Assembly (NCBI GenBank): GCA_900617105.1
Contig: UYFQ01000419.1
Coordinates: 1 to 45,044, forward strand
Direction of reading: 5' to 3'
DNA: 45,044 bases
Source of the DNA: Hydrurus foetidus
Lineage: Eukaryota
Below the pieces are notes generated by a model that had not been told where the DNA came from, did no database searches, and worked only from the letters and a program-made list of their open reading frames with translations. Positions within the stretch are counted from its first letter, which is position 1. Each line of letters starts with the position of its first letter. Positions 20,425 through 39,117 of the stretch are shown here, one piece after another. A program made the position numbers and the translations under genes.

Positions 20425-21663
20425 TCAGGCGCTGTCGGGATAGTCGGAAGCTCCAATTGCTGCCTCAGCGATCAGAAGCATGGCTGCATTAGAGTCAGTT
20501 GGCGTCATGGCGACGTCAAGCTGGCTGAGTAGTGCATGAAGGCGAGTGGAGGTGTTGGAGAGAGGGCGAGGAGTTGGTGTAGCAGTAGCATTAGCAGGAG
20601 GAGGGCTAGGGCCTGGAAGGCGGTTAGGATTTTTCGAGCAGTGAGAAGACAAGTGACCATAGCGTGAGACTTTGTCAGTAGAAAGGCACCATGTGCAGGG
20701 TGAAGGATGTAGATGTGAGCGTGGGGTGGTGTCCTTTTTTGGGGATTTTGTCGGCGGGGATGTTTTGGCGGCGATGAGGGCTGAGCCCTGAGTTGAGATG
20801 GCCTCTCTTGTAAACGATAAAGCGTTTGCAACTTTCCAGGTTTGTATCTGAGCCATCAGGGCGATGTGATCTGGAAATCGACCAGTTGGGTTGGTTTGAA
20901 GGGTTTCATCTATGGCTCTGCGGAACTGAGTGCGGTCTAAGCCAGCAAGATAGATAAAACTATGGAACTCTTTGAGAAGGATGTAGCCAGGGTGGGTGGG
21001 AGATTCGAAGTCAATGTTGAAGGTTTCAGCCATAGAGCAGGCTTGTTCTATGTATTGCTCGTGAGTAAGATCTGCTTGTGAGATATTCACATACTGACGA
21101 GTGCGGTGTAGTTTGGTGGTAGCATTTCCAATGGAGTGTATGTCCCTTGCCATTGTGTAGAAGGTAAAACTGCGTTTACCTATGGGTAGAAGTTGATACG
21201 CTGAGTAGAGCGTGTGGGTTTTTATGGACGTATGAGATGGTAATGAGATGTGTCGATGCAAATGGTCGAGGCAATCGGTATCTTCTTGAGCAAAGATCCG
21301 AGCTGCTGCAGTGTAAAGTTTGAGGTCATCACGATACTCACGGTTTGCTGATTCGGTAAGAGAGATTGTGGCGAGGTCGAAACCCGGGAGAGCAGTTTCA
21401 GCTGCTGTTGTAGCACGTCTCGCGTAAGTAAATTGACCGGGAATGGGGACACCGGCGAGAGTGGCATCAACATCCTGTTTAGTTGGCGCGACAGCGAATG
21501 GAGTAAGTGGGATTTCTCTGTTGGATAGAATTTGTTGTCCCGCTACCCCAAATTTCGTGTAGCATGACAAGGTGAAAGCCTTGTTGAATTGTGTCCAATT
21601 GTCGGAGGTAATATCGAGAATTACTGCCGCTGGGGCGCTGGGACTAGTGGAAGCAGGAAGCAT
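20425..21663 (-). CDS. gag: Copia B gag
   Basis: 412-aa ORF starting 14 nt after the 5' LTR; extended knuckle CTWC-x10-H-x4-C. Confidence 0.85.
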   Translation of the reverse strand: MLPASTSPSAPAAVILDITSDNWTQFNKAFTLSCYTKFGVAGQQILSNREIPLTPFAVAPTKQDVDATLAGVPIPGQFTYARRATTAAETALPGFDLATISLTESANREYRDDLKLYTAAARIFAQEDTDCLDHLHRHISLPSHTSIKTHTLYSAYQLLPIGKRSFTFYTMARDIHSIGNATTKLHRTRQYVNISQADLTHEQYIEQACSMAETFNIDFESPTHPGYILLKEFHSFIYLAGLDRTQFRRAIDETLQTNPTGRFPDHIALMAQIQTWKVANALSFTREAISTQGSALIAAKTSPPTKSPKKDTTPRSHLHPSPCTWCLSTDKVSRYGHLSSHCSKNPNRLPGPSPPPANATATPTPRPLSNTSTRLHALLSQLDVAMTPTDSNAAMLLIAEAAIGASDYPDSA

Positions 21664-21677
21664 GGCTTTTAAACAAT

Positions 21678-21927
21678 TGTCAGTGAGTCGGCCGTAAGTC
21701 GGTAAGACGATACGGTAGAAACAGAATTGTTTAAAAGATTACAGCTTTATATTGTGTGAGCTGAATGGTATCGAATGAACTGATTGAGATGAGTTGACAG
21801 GAAGCGAACAAATGTGCTGTGAAATGAATGAACGGAATGTGCATGAAAATGTCGTTGCATGCGGTCGTTACGGCCTGAAAAAGGGCTATCGGGGGGGCGG
21901 GGGCATTCAAGCAGTGATACACTGACA
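21678..21927 (-). repeat. 5' LTR of Copia B
   Basis: Direct repeat of 16222-16471. Confidence 0.97.
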
Positions 21928-22243
21928 GGTAGAGAGTAATATACGGTACCGTACCGTAGACCCTCCCGTAGTTTTGACAGATATTTTCGGTATAGCTAGA
22001 TACAGATCGAGATGCATTGGATATGTTTCGGGTTACCGTGCTATGGTCGATGTAGGTTGTAGGTTTAAGGAGACCAGTACAATTCTATCCAGAGAATTTT
22101 TCACGGTAGAGTAAATCTCGCCATAGCGATTGTCGATGCTCTACTTGAGACAATGAGCTGTTGCTGCAATAGCGGTGAACACTTTCTCGCTGAATTCTGC
22201 CCGCAGTGATTGAAAAATGATGTGGCAGAGCCAGTAGCATCAT

Positions 22244-25200
22244 ATGTCGAGAATCCTGTTGTTATTCGTTTTGAAATATCTGTTGGTCGCTATTTGTCAT
22301 GAAAGCAATGAGTTCTACGATAGAAATCGTTCAAAATCACCGTGGAGCTTTTCTATTGAAGAATCCTCTTATCTGGTCATCGAAGGCGTGCCCTCAACAT
22401 CTATGAAAGACGAAAGTGTGAAGAAGCTGCGGATGAAATTGGATTGCATTCACGAATTAGTTTTTTTTATTCGTCAGAAAAATATCGGCAATTTAACAAG
22501 TGTTCTCCGTGAAGTTTCAGATCCGTCCAGCTCCAAATATGGCCAGTACTTATCAAGAGGCGAGGTAAACAGTATAACAGCGAATCCATTTTCCGAAGCT
22601 GCTGTAGTTTCATTCTTACTGTCGAATGAAGTCCATAAGGTATCAAGGTCCTTGAATGGCGAGTATGTGAGGGGCAGTGCACCAATTGCTGTATGGGAAA
22701 GGATTTCACAGACGAAGTTCTACACGTATCAATCCTCGCAAGATCCTGTAAACGTCCACATCTGTGATGAAGCTGTAAGAATCGAGAGCTATAGGATACC
22801 GACCAAATTGAAAGAACACGTAAATGGTGTATTCAACACGGTTGAGATTCCGCGTAGATCCTGCAACGGACTCCCACGTGGCTCAACATCATTGGGACCA
22901 TCATCTACGACTGACTTGAGGTCTTATGACCAACTGTACACTGCCGCTTGGACAAACGCAGATGCTATCAAACGTGAACGGGACAGCTTACTCCCAGAGC
23001 ATATCACAGATGATCCTCCCCGTCTTGGAGGGCACCAGGACAACATGGCCTCTTCGCAACCGCTTCATGATGAGACCTTCTCGCGTACTGCAACAAGCGG
23101 TCAAAATGTACCAGTCAGTACCTTATTAAACCAACAAACTAGATACTGGGGTGTTGAGACTCAGCTTGTGGGTTGGCTACTAGAAATGGCTCAGACTACT
23201 ACGCACGTTCCTGTGATGGGATTGGGCTTCTCCATGCAAGAGAGTTCTGTGTCTAAGTCAGAGATTGACGCTTTCAACGCTCTAGCTGTTAAGTTGGGAT
23301 GCATGGGCGTCACCATGGTAGCGTCTTCATCGTCTCTGCAGGCTGCATCAAATGTCGATGAGAGCAACCGGGGATGTCGGGACGGTCCTGTATTTCCCTC
23401 ATCGAGTCCATACGTCACATCTGTAAATCGACTTGAGGTAAGAGGCACTGTTTATAAAACATCTAATGGGACAGCGGCAGCTGATGCAACTGCCAGTCAA
23501 TCTAATTCAATAGAACACACCACTCACTCACTCACTCATCCATTCACAACATGTTCGAACACATAAGACCACCTTCAAGAAATCTCAAGAAGATTCAACA
23601 AGAAAGACTGATTATGTGCAGATATCAAATTACCATCCGATGCCCTACTGGCAGATACCTGCTTCCTCTTCTGTTGCTGCTTCACCCCCATTCTTGCGCA
23701 CGCAACTTCGCAGATCTCTTCGGTCTGATAGCCGTCACGCAGAAGGAAGAGCGTATCCAGACTTCACCATCTCTGTCTCAATGCAGTTACAGGACAGTAT
23801 GTCTGAGGAACATTCCGAGGCAAATGAAGTGGAGAAGACCTGTCAAGCAGCAATGGCAATCTTCTCCAATATAAACTCGGCGAGAAAAGAGGCGGGTGTA
23901 GGCTCATTAGGATGGGCAAACCCTATTCTATACGCTTATTCTGACCGCTTGTTTGATGGTGTGACACTCAGCAGTGGTGATATGGTCAGCGATGCAGAAG
24001 TAGATGGATCTGACTCAAATTCAGTTCTAGGGGTAGGGGATGGAGATTGGATGCGGAGTTTGCTAGCATCAGTGACAGAGACAGAGAAGAAGAAAAAGGA
24101 TGGTGAGGGTTGCAAGAGGGAAAAGAAAGACGGAGGCGAAGGCGAGGAGAATGATTGTGAAGGAAAGGATAAAAGTGATGGGGAGGAGAAGAATGGAGAT
24201 GATGGAGGAATTGATGAAAATGACGACGATGTTAATGACGATAAACCAGGAGGAAATGACACGAAACCATGTCAGATTAAAGCAGGATGTTCTTACAGAC
24301 AGTCCGACCCACACACGCTCACTCCCTCTGTTGCACCGACTGTCTCAGTATCGCACATACCTTGTACAGTACCTACTGTCCTACCGACTGTGACACCAAC
24401 TTTCGTGCCTTCTTTTCTGCCAACAGTTACGCCAACTTTCAGACCATCTTTTTTATCAACTGCCACGCCAACTTTCAGACCATCTTTCGCACCGACTGTT
24501 CCACCAAGTGATGGACCGTCTGTGTTACCGACTAGCACTCAGACATTGGGACCTGTTGTGGGGACTGACATGCCAACCTTCGCACCGACATGCGCACCAA
24601 CAGCTGTCCCCACTGCCGTCAATTCGAAACGTGAGTTGAGCACACCATCAATACGAGTCACAACAACATGGATTCCTTGCTGTCTTTCCTTCTCTTCTCT
24701 CCTCTCCTCTCAGCTGTATACTGTCGACTGTCACCCTTCCTCATCATTAGTCACACTGGATGCAATTTATCAGCATCGCATCTCGGACACAATTAACTTA
24801 CTATTTGATCCCTTCCTCCTTTACTTTAAGGCCGTCGAAAACAGCCGTCAACAAGACCAAGTGATGTGTATCCGAGACTAACTGACAGTGTGCTGATAGT
24901 GCAGGTGACATGCATTCATCTTCTGCTTCCTATGTCTCCTCATCAGCAGCGGCTCATGGTGATGCCTTCTTTTCTCTCGTATATACCCTATGATCCTTCT
25001 CACTCGGCTCTATGATTTGCAGACATTTTCCGCTGTAACCGGTCTGACGGACGGGAATCAGACTTTCATCTCCTCCTTGAAAACAGCGATCACCGCTGCA
25101 GTCGATATTCCGCTTATCATATCCATGCTGTCCGTCTCCGTCCCCGCATCAAACAGAAGAATGCTCTTGATGGACTTGGTGACGTCTTACCGAGTAGACA

Positions 25201-25886
25201 CGACCGTGTCTATAGTGCCCAATGACTTCGTAGCTAAGCTGCACGCCTCTCTGGAGAGCGAGGCCTTCCTGAAGTCGATGCAGAATAACACAGGCATGGT
25301 TGACCTAGCCGTCACTGGCCTTCAGATCACAGACGTCACTCCAACTTCCTCGCCCACATCGTCTCCTGTTCGCCTCAAAGGTATGACAGTACACCGCACA
25401 GCACAGCACAGCACAGCGCAGCACGTTTCACACCTCACTGTCATGCCCTCATAGCTCTCCCATGCGTACGCCACATGTAACCTTTACCCTTCACTACCTA
25501 TCATAAATAGCTGACCAACTTTCTTCTATCTCGACCTCACCTCTACCTTGCACAACCTTGTAGTGGACACAGTGACGATCTTGCTAGCAGTGGCTGGAGC
25601 CATCGTAGGAGCCGCTATCATCGGCATAGCCGCATGCGCTACGATCTACTGCTGTCACCGCAGCATGAAACACACCGACCCCATAGGTCCCTCGTTGGAC
25701 ATGTACGCACTGCCCATGGGAGATGTCGTCCCTATGGGGAGTAACCCGACTTCAACCCGCTCCCTCTCCTCCTATCCACTCGCTGTGCTCGCTGCCCCTA
25801 CTATCGGTGTCGTGCAGAACGCATACGTGTTGCAGGACGCGGATAGTAACTACAGCAGCTTGCCCCTCTTCCCCTCCAATCTGTGA
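22244..25886 (+). CDS. S53 (sedolisin/TPP1-like) peptidase homolog, probably inactive, with PT-repeat stalk and C-terminal TM helix; multi-exon
   Basis: Signal peptide. Pro-kumamolisin-like domain (FFIRQKN...EVSDPSSSKYGQYLS). Catalytic-domain remnants KLGCMGVT, FPSSSPYVTSV, GRAYPD, SLGWANPILY. PTxxP(T/S) repeats at about 24320-24620. TM ILLAVAGAIVGAAIIGIAACATIYCC. Plausible introns 23438-23567, 24631-24830, 24905-25022 and from 25381. Confidence 0.8.
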
Positions 25887-27091
25887 CCCATCACATGAGA
25901 GCTCAATTTCAGCTTGAAGTTCAACTTCAACTTCAACTACTTTCATTGGATGGCTCAAGAGACATCAAGCGCATGATGAGTACGACACTGTGTGACCCGA
26001 CCGGGCGCTTCTCAGGATAGAAGTGTAGTGACTGAATATTTGTATTCATGCAGCCATTACTATTGCTCTCACCGCTTGATACGATGGCACGTCCCACAGG
26101 TGTTCATACTATACATTATACATCCAACATTCAACATTCCATATACATTCCATCCTATGAATAAGTGAGGAGATAACTCGCTAATTCTTATTCGCATCTT
26201 TCTGCAAGGGGACGTCTCCATGTTTACAAGTAGAATGGGTCGCAGTGGATACAGTATAATCCGCTAGTTCAATATTTGGTACTGCAGTCTTTCACGAATT
26301 TAGTCGATTTAAAATTTACTTTCATTCATTTCTCCTTCCCTTCTTTTCTACCTTACTCTATTCTATTCAAGTCAATTCGGTGATCAAGCAAGCAGCTCCT
26401 TTACAAGTAGACAGCTAGATGACTACATGTCGTATCTAATGCTTTTCACATACACTGCAGTACGTACAGTACATTCATTACTTCGTGTAACAACTCTTAT
26501 AAAGTATATCCGTGGAGATATATCGGAACTATACGCGACAATCACACTTATCTATGCACCAAGTTCAGTACATTTAAGATATCAGTTAATTTTATTTCTT
26601 TTAAATGCCAAAATCTTTCACTTTTTTGTTTTCTTTTTATTTGCTGAAGACCAGTGATGTCACGAATGTGACTGAAGATTCAAAATGATGCGATGGTAAC
26701 AGTGAAGAGCGCCAGCATACGATGTGATGTGAATTGTTCGTGAGAGAAAACTTCATAGATGTCATATCATGCGGACCTGTGAGGAACATGCACTGCACTC
26801 CAATGCGCTGTACTGCACTGCACTGTGCTGTGTTGGGTCTTATTGGCTTGATCTGGTACACTGTAATCGAATTGATCTCAAAATGACTCTTAATGTAAAT
26901 ATAAAGAATGATGGAAAGCAGAGCAGCGTCTGTTGTACCGTCCCACTTGCAGAATTATCTGTATTGTATGTTAGCGGTATACTGTCATCGAATATGTTTG
27001 AAGTACGGCATCGCATACTTGCACCGATTTATTATCTTGTTCCTTTGAAACTTTCGTTCGTTCTTTCTTCCCTTCTCTTTCTTTCATTCAT

Positions 27092-27127
<36 letters not shown>

Positions 27128-27392
27128 TCCTTCTTTCTTTCTTTTACTCGCTGAGAAAGTCGATGAAGCATTTACTTATGGAGCTTCTTCGACTGAAGTT
27201 TATTCTGGTCCTGCAAGCATTTCGTCAATGAAACATATTTTTGTCTTCATTTAAATTAATTTACTAACAAATAATCATTCTATGCCATTTTTGACTTTGT
27301 TCTTTGAATTCCTACGATTAAAAAAACTCGTCAGCAATTTCGGCAAAAATTCTATTATTTTGCTGCGATTGCATGAAGACATAATCACCGCA

Positions 27393-27843
27393 CTAATTTG
27401 CGTCATCACCACTAACTTCTCTTTTGTTGCTTCCGTCAGCTACTGATGCCACAGCAAATTCGAATGCATAGGTCGGGCCAAATAATGCCTGTGTCCTGAC
27501 CTCTGCCTCGTTCCTCGTTTCCAGGGCTAACTTCTCCCGCATGCGAGCGATTAATTGAAAGCATTTATCTCTAATATCCTGTCGACTGATTAGATAAGGC
27601 TCAAACCACTGCATTTCTTCCACTATTGCCTCTCTATTGGCTCGTGAGGAATCCTCACCATATTGATGGGAAGGGCGATGGACAAAAGGGAACTGATCCA
27701 CCCAAACCAATAGCTTTCCGTGTCGTCTCTGTTAAACGCACTGCATTGCCTGATGCAGCATCTGATCGAGCCGTAGCTTCTTCTGGATCACCGAACCACA
27801 CACCAAAGGGGGTAGTAGCACACACCGACATCAGCATCGACAT
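27393..27843 (-). CDS. Possible 3' exon(s) of an unidentified gene
   Basis: Two overlapping protein-like ORFs (…PFGVWFGDPEEA…; …EAIVEEMQWFEPYLISRQDIRDKCFQLI…). Splice structure not resolved. Confidence 0.3.
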
Positions 27844-28941
27844 GCAAAATATGACGATCTGTCACGTGTGGTATGCTTACACTCTGTGCGAGTTATTGAA
27901 TTATGTCTGCGACTCCTATTTTATATTGCACCATTTCGCTGTAATACGATAATAATATTTTGTACGCAGCGCCATGTTGTCATGTCACATCACATCATGT
28001 CATATCTTTTCATGCTTTGTCATGTCATCCTCTGCATCTATCACGTTGATTTTCAGCGCCTCGAATGACAGTAGAAAAAGGTAAATAATCGTGTTGGAGA
28101 AAAAAGTCAGCCTCACACGAAGTATTTTGTCATTGAAATCCGTACTTTAATTTCACTCAACTTTAGGACACTTTTAAAAACGATTTACGAATCTAGTGAG
28201 ATCTGTGTATCCAAACTTACAAAGGCACAAAATCGCGGAGAGTGATGTGTTGTGAGAGTATTGTCCTGGACACGCAGAAGCACATCTACCAACCAGTTAC
28301 ACTGTCCTGCCTAACTAGTGTTGTATAGTTAGGGAGGAAGGGAGGGAGGGGAGAAAGTGACATGGTGATAGTAGTGTGATGCAGACTAGTGATTTTATTG
28401 ATCTGTTTCATGACTCTGCACCCATCTATTGATGATTGTAAAGATTGATGCTCTTGTAACATTTTTCTTTCGATGTGGACATGTCAGCTGAATGTTCAAT
28501 TGCTGTACAGCGGTACAGCTCAACTGAAGATCTGCTCTCCTAATGAGGTCAGATTCAATAGTGTCTCCAAAGGGAAGAAGGAGTCATTGATGATGCGATG
28601 CGATGTGATGTGATGAGACAGTCCTTCACTTCATCAGATGATTAGATTGATGACGGGTGCATGTTGATGGGTGCAACATCACGTCTTACAGTGTTACACT
28701 TGAAGCCTCCTCCTAGGAAATATTCATACAGATAGACATCACGATTAAGAGATGTGACAAGTGCATGTATGTCTTGGCTGGTGCATGAAGAACTGCGATG
28801 ATCACAGATGCAAAAATGGGATTGAAATATCGCAGCCATCACCTGCAGTTAACGTCTCAATATCCACCTTGCCATGGCGTAGCGACAATTCTTAATTGCA
28901 CCATATCAATGACTATTGATATGACGGCTCATAATTTCAAA

Positions 28942-35789
<6,848 letters not shown>

Positions 35790-36578
35790 ACAAGTCAGGG
35801 TAGGTGGCTGCAGAAAAGCGAAGTTAGCACCATCTGCAAATAATTTGAAGATTGTGTAGAATCTTGCAAAAGGTGGAAGGTGAAAGGTGACGATGCGGGA
35901 TGTCGATCGATGTGTCGATGTCCGATGTTTCAGTTTGATTCATTACCGGATAGATTTTTTTTTTTTTTATTTTTTACTTTTTTTCTTGAGACACAGTTTT
36001 TGTGATGCCAGCAGCCATCACTAATTATTTTAGTTTTAGAATTGGCTCATGGTGATATCTGAGAATTAGAACATCAGTCAATAGCTGAAATGGGTTGTTC
36101 ATTTGAAAATTCCAAAATTCCTCTCTCGGTTGAGAAAACTGTCGAGCTGAGTGAAATCTTCCCTCCTTAGAAAATAGCGGTTGACTGTGTAGTTGTTGAA
36201 GAGGATTCAAAAGCAGGGCACATGAAATAGGACAAAGGACTATATTACCGGCAGAGTCCCATTTTCCAAGTGCGAAATTGGTTGCGAAGCCATCTGAACG
36301 AATGGATAATGTAGACAATCTAAGGAGACCACAGCTGATGCTTTTTGGAGGCAATTGTAAACTGTAACAGTGTTGTGCCGTTAGTAAGTCTACCATCGGA
36401 TAAAAATTTGCCACTCATCGCAATCTTCTCCATTCGCAACAGAAATGATTTAGTATAATCGGTACTTGGTACTCGGTACTCGGTAAATGACAATTGGTGA
36501 TTAGTAATTGTTGCTTGGTAATTGGCAATAAATATAATAGGTATAATAGATAGTTCTAATAGATAATAAGTATAACAT

Positions 36579-36763
36579 GTAATTGGTAATTGGTATTTGG
36601 TATTTGGTTTTCGGTAATTGGTAATTGGTAATTGGTAATTCGTAATTGGTAATTGGTAATTGGTAATTGGTAATTGGTAATTGGCAATTGGCAATTGGTA
36701 ATTGGTAATTGGTAATTGGTAATTGGTAATTGGTAATTGGTAATTGGTAATTGGTAATTGGTA
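36579..36763. repeat. (GGTAATT)n heptamer tandem repeat between the divergent HECT and dapA genes
   Basis: About 26 mostly perfect units; degenerate units extend left to about 36460. Confidence 0.9.
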
Positions 36764-37088
36764 GGTGTCGAAGATTCTATACGGATTACACCCATCAGGT
36801 CAAGCGGTCAAGCTGAACGACTCGACTGTTGAGCACATCTTTGCTTCAGGTACTGTAATGGATACTGGATACTGTCCATAGGTACTCAGCAATCTCCTGC
36901 TGCTCTTGGCTACTGTCAAACGTTTAGGAACTTGGTAGTTTACTTCCCACCATCAGACAAGTTTAAATTCGCTGACGGCTCATTATCGTTGGACTATCAG
37001 CCTCGTTGAGTGGTTGCAACTGTGGTTGTAACGTGTCGCACTGTCCTGTAGAAAACGCCTTCCAATAATACATTCGGATAAGAAATAA

Positions 37089-38543
37089 ATGACAATGATA
37101 GCATTCTGCGTAGGTATGATCACTCTACACATTGCAAGTTTGGAATTAGTGCCGATTCACTTCTATCCAAATTTGACTCATATGTCGCGTACCTCAATTT
37201 AAATCCGACACTATAGCATTGATTGCTGTCCTTGGCATCTCGGAAGGCTTCCATGGCAGTCGCAGTGCTCTTCGTAAAAGGAGTTTTTCGTTATCGATGA
37301 TAATTCCAGTCAGATCTGGTAGTATTGTAGCCCTTGTTACCCCAATGACTGAGAACAATTCAATTGACTTTCCAAAACTGGAAAGTCTGTTAAAATGGCA
37401 CATCGCAGAAGGTTTGAACTTCTTTACTACTGCCACATGCAATTATGGGGCCGCTTAATTTAAAACTTTGGTGACTTAAATGAAAAATCGATCTTTAGGT
37501 ACTGATGGTGCCGTGATACTGGGAACTACTGGAGAAGCATCAACAATTTCGATGGAAGAAAGGACAGAGATCATCAAAGCATCAGTGAAGATTGTTGCTG
37601 GAGCATTTCCAATCATTGTCGGGACTGGGACAATAGAAACATCAAAGACTATTGCGTTGACAAAACATGCTATGGAATGCGGTGCAGATGCGTCACTCAT
37701 AATAACACCATACTATGTGAAACCGCCACAACGAGCACTTGTGAAGCACTTCCTTGCCATAGCGGACGCAGTAGCACTTCCGTTGATATTGTATAACTGT
37801 CCAGGCAGAACTGGGGTAGATTTGAAGCCTGAAACAATTGCTTTGATGTCTAGTCACCCTATGATTATTGGCGTCAAAGACGCCACTGGAGATATTGAGA
37901 GAGTGACTTCTATTCGCAAGCAATCCGGTGACGCCTTTCTAATTTATAGCGGTGAAGACGATTTAGCCTGCGAATTCGTGCGTCAGGGAGGCGATGGTGT
38001 GATTTCAGTGACCGCAAATGTGGCTCCATCTGCGATGCACAAGTACGTCACATATGCAGTGTTCCCTATTCTTTATTCTGTCAAGTGCCGACTGTCACTA
38101 AAAATCTCTGACCCTCCGGTATATCATTTCCTTAATTTCCATGATAGCATGATAACGAGCTCTAAAGAGGGGAAAAGGAAGGAAGCTGAAGATATTAATG
38201 ACTCCCTGATCCCTCTTCACAAAAGGTGAGAGACTGGAAAATCTACCTCTAATATCATTCTGCAGTTAGATAACATCGTAATCATCTTTTGTAAACAGAT
38301 TATTCCTGGAGTCAAATCCTATTCCAGTCAAGAAAGCTTTGCAAATTATGGGTAGAATAGGTGAGATTCCGCAATTGTCTTCTCTTATTTGTTACTGCAT
38401 TGCGATCAATAGTGGACCAAATTTTATTTCTTCTCTTTTTTCTTTTTTTAGATTCTGGGATCAGGGAGCCTTTGTGCCAGCTAGACGATCAGCACTTAGT
38501 GAGTTTGAAAGAAGCCTTGAAAATTGGAAAAATTAATTTCTAA
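37089..38543 (+). CDS. dapA: 4-hydroxy-tetrahydrodipicolinate (dihydrodipicolinate) synthase, probably plastid-targeted; 6 exons
   Basis: [36 protein letters not shown] (Schiff-base Lys), [29 protein letters not shown] introns 37114-37216, 37412-37498, 38043-38147 and two more. Presequence [20 protein letters not shown]. Confidence 0.95.
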
Positions 38544-39117
38544 TCGGTCCATTTGATAGCAGTGATGAGTCGCATCCTTCACTTCACGTAGCATCGCATC
38601 GCATGCATGATTATTTGTCTTGCCTTCTTCAAGGCATATAACGTTATGCAACCGATTCATTATGAGGCGGTAATCACCACGAGATGATTGTCTCACCGGT
38701 CAACTGCCTCAGAAGCTGCTTATACAGAACATGATAGGATAGAAAGATTGAGTAGTTTCTTATTCTTGAAGTGTTTTCGCTACAATGATAACAAATATTC
38801 CTCAACTCTGGAAAATTTTGATGAACTCTTTACGTCAATTGGACCTAAATATTTTATGACTTGACAGTGGGCGGAGACGATGGTGCATTTGTAGTAATAT
38901 CATACAAGTCTAATCTCTGCTGTACGAAACGATCGTCTCTACCTATGGAATGATAGTAATGCTATGGACACATGAAAACACGATAAACTTGCTGTGATTC
39001 GGGAATCCAGTTCTTACTCCTCCTCGGCTGGCAGCCGCGATGCCATTATACCATTTCACAGATTAACCTGGATCACCTCACATATCATGAATATTCTACA
39101 TTTCCAAATTGCAAAAC

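Larger units (their letters stand above)
16222..21927 (-). mobile_element. Ty1/Copia LTR retrotransposon B, full length, very recent
   Basis: 250-bp LTRs (16222-16471, 21678-21927) with one mismatch and TGTCAGTG...CACTGACA ends. Perfect 5-bp TSD GGTAG (16217-16221, 21928-21932). PR-IN-RT-RH order. Confidence 0.97.

Noticed and set aside
28400..28905. Upstream exons for the 27393-27843 ORFs
   Set aside because: No consistent in-frame splice model could be built by eye.
36579..36763. Interstitial telomere or CRISPR-like array
   Set aside because: No spacers. The unit GGTAATT lacks the GGG run of typical TTAGGG/TTTAGGG telomeres.
36800..36960. Possible pogo/CENP-B HTH relic on the minus strand (KRLTVA / QEIAEYL)
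   Set aside because: Needs a frameshift and is too short to support.
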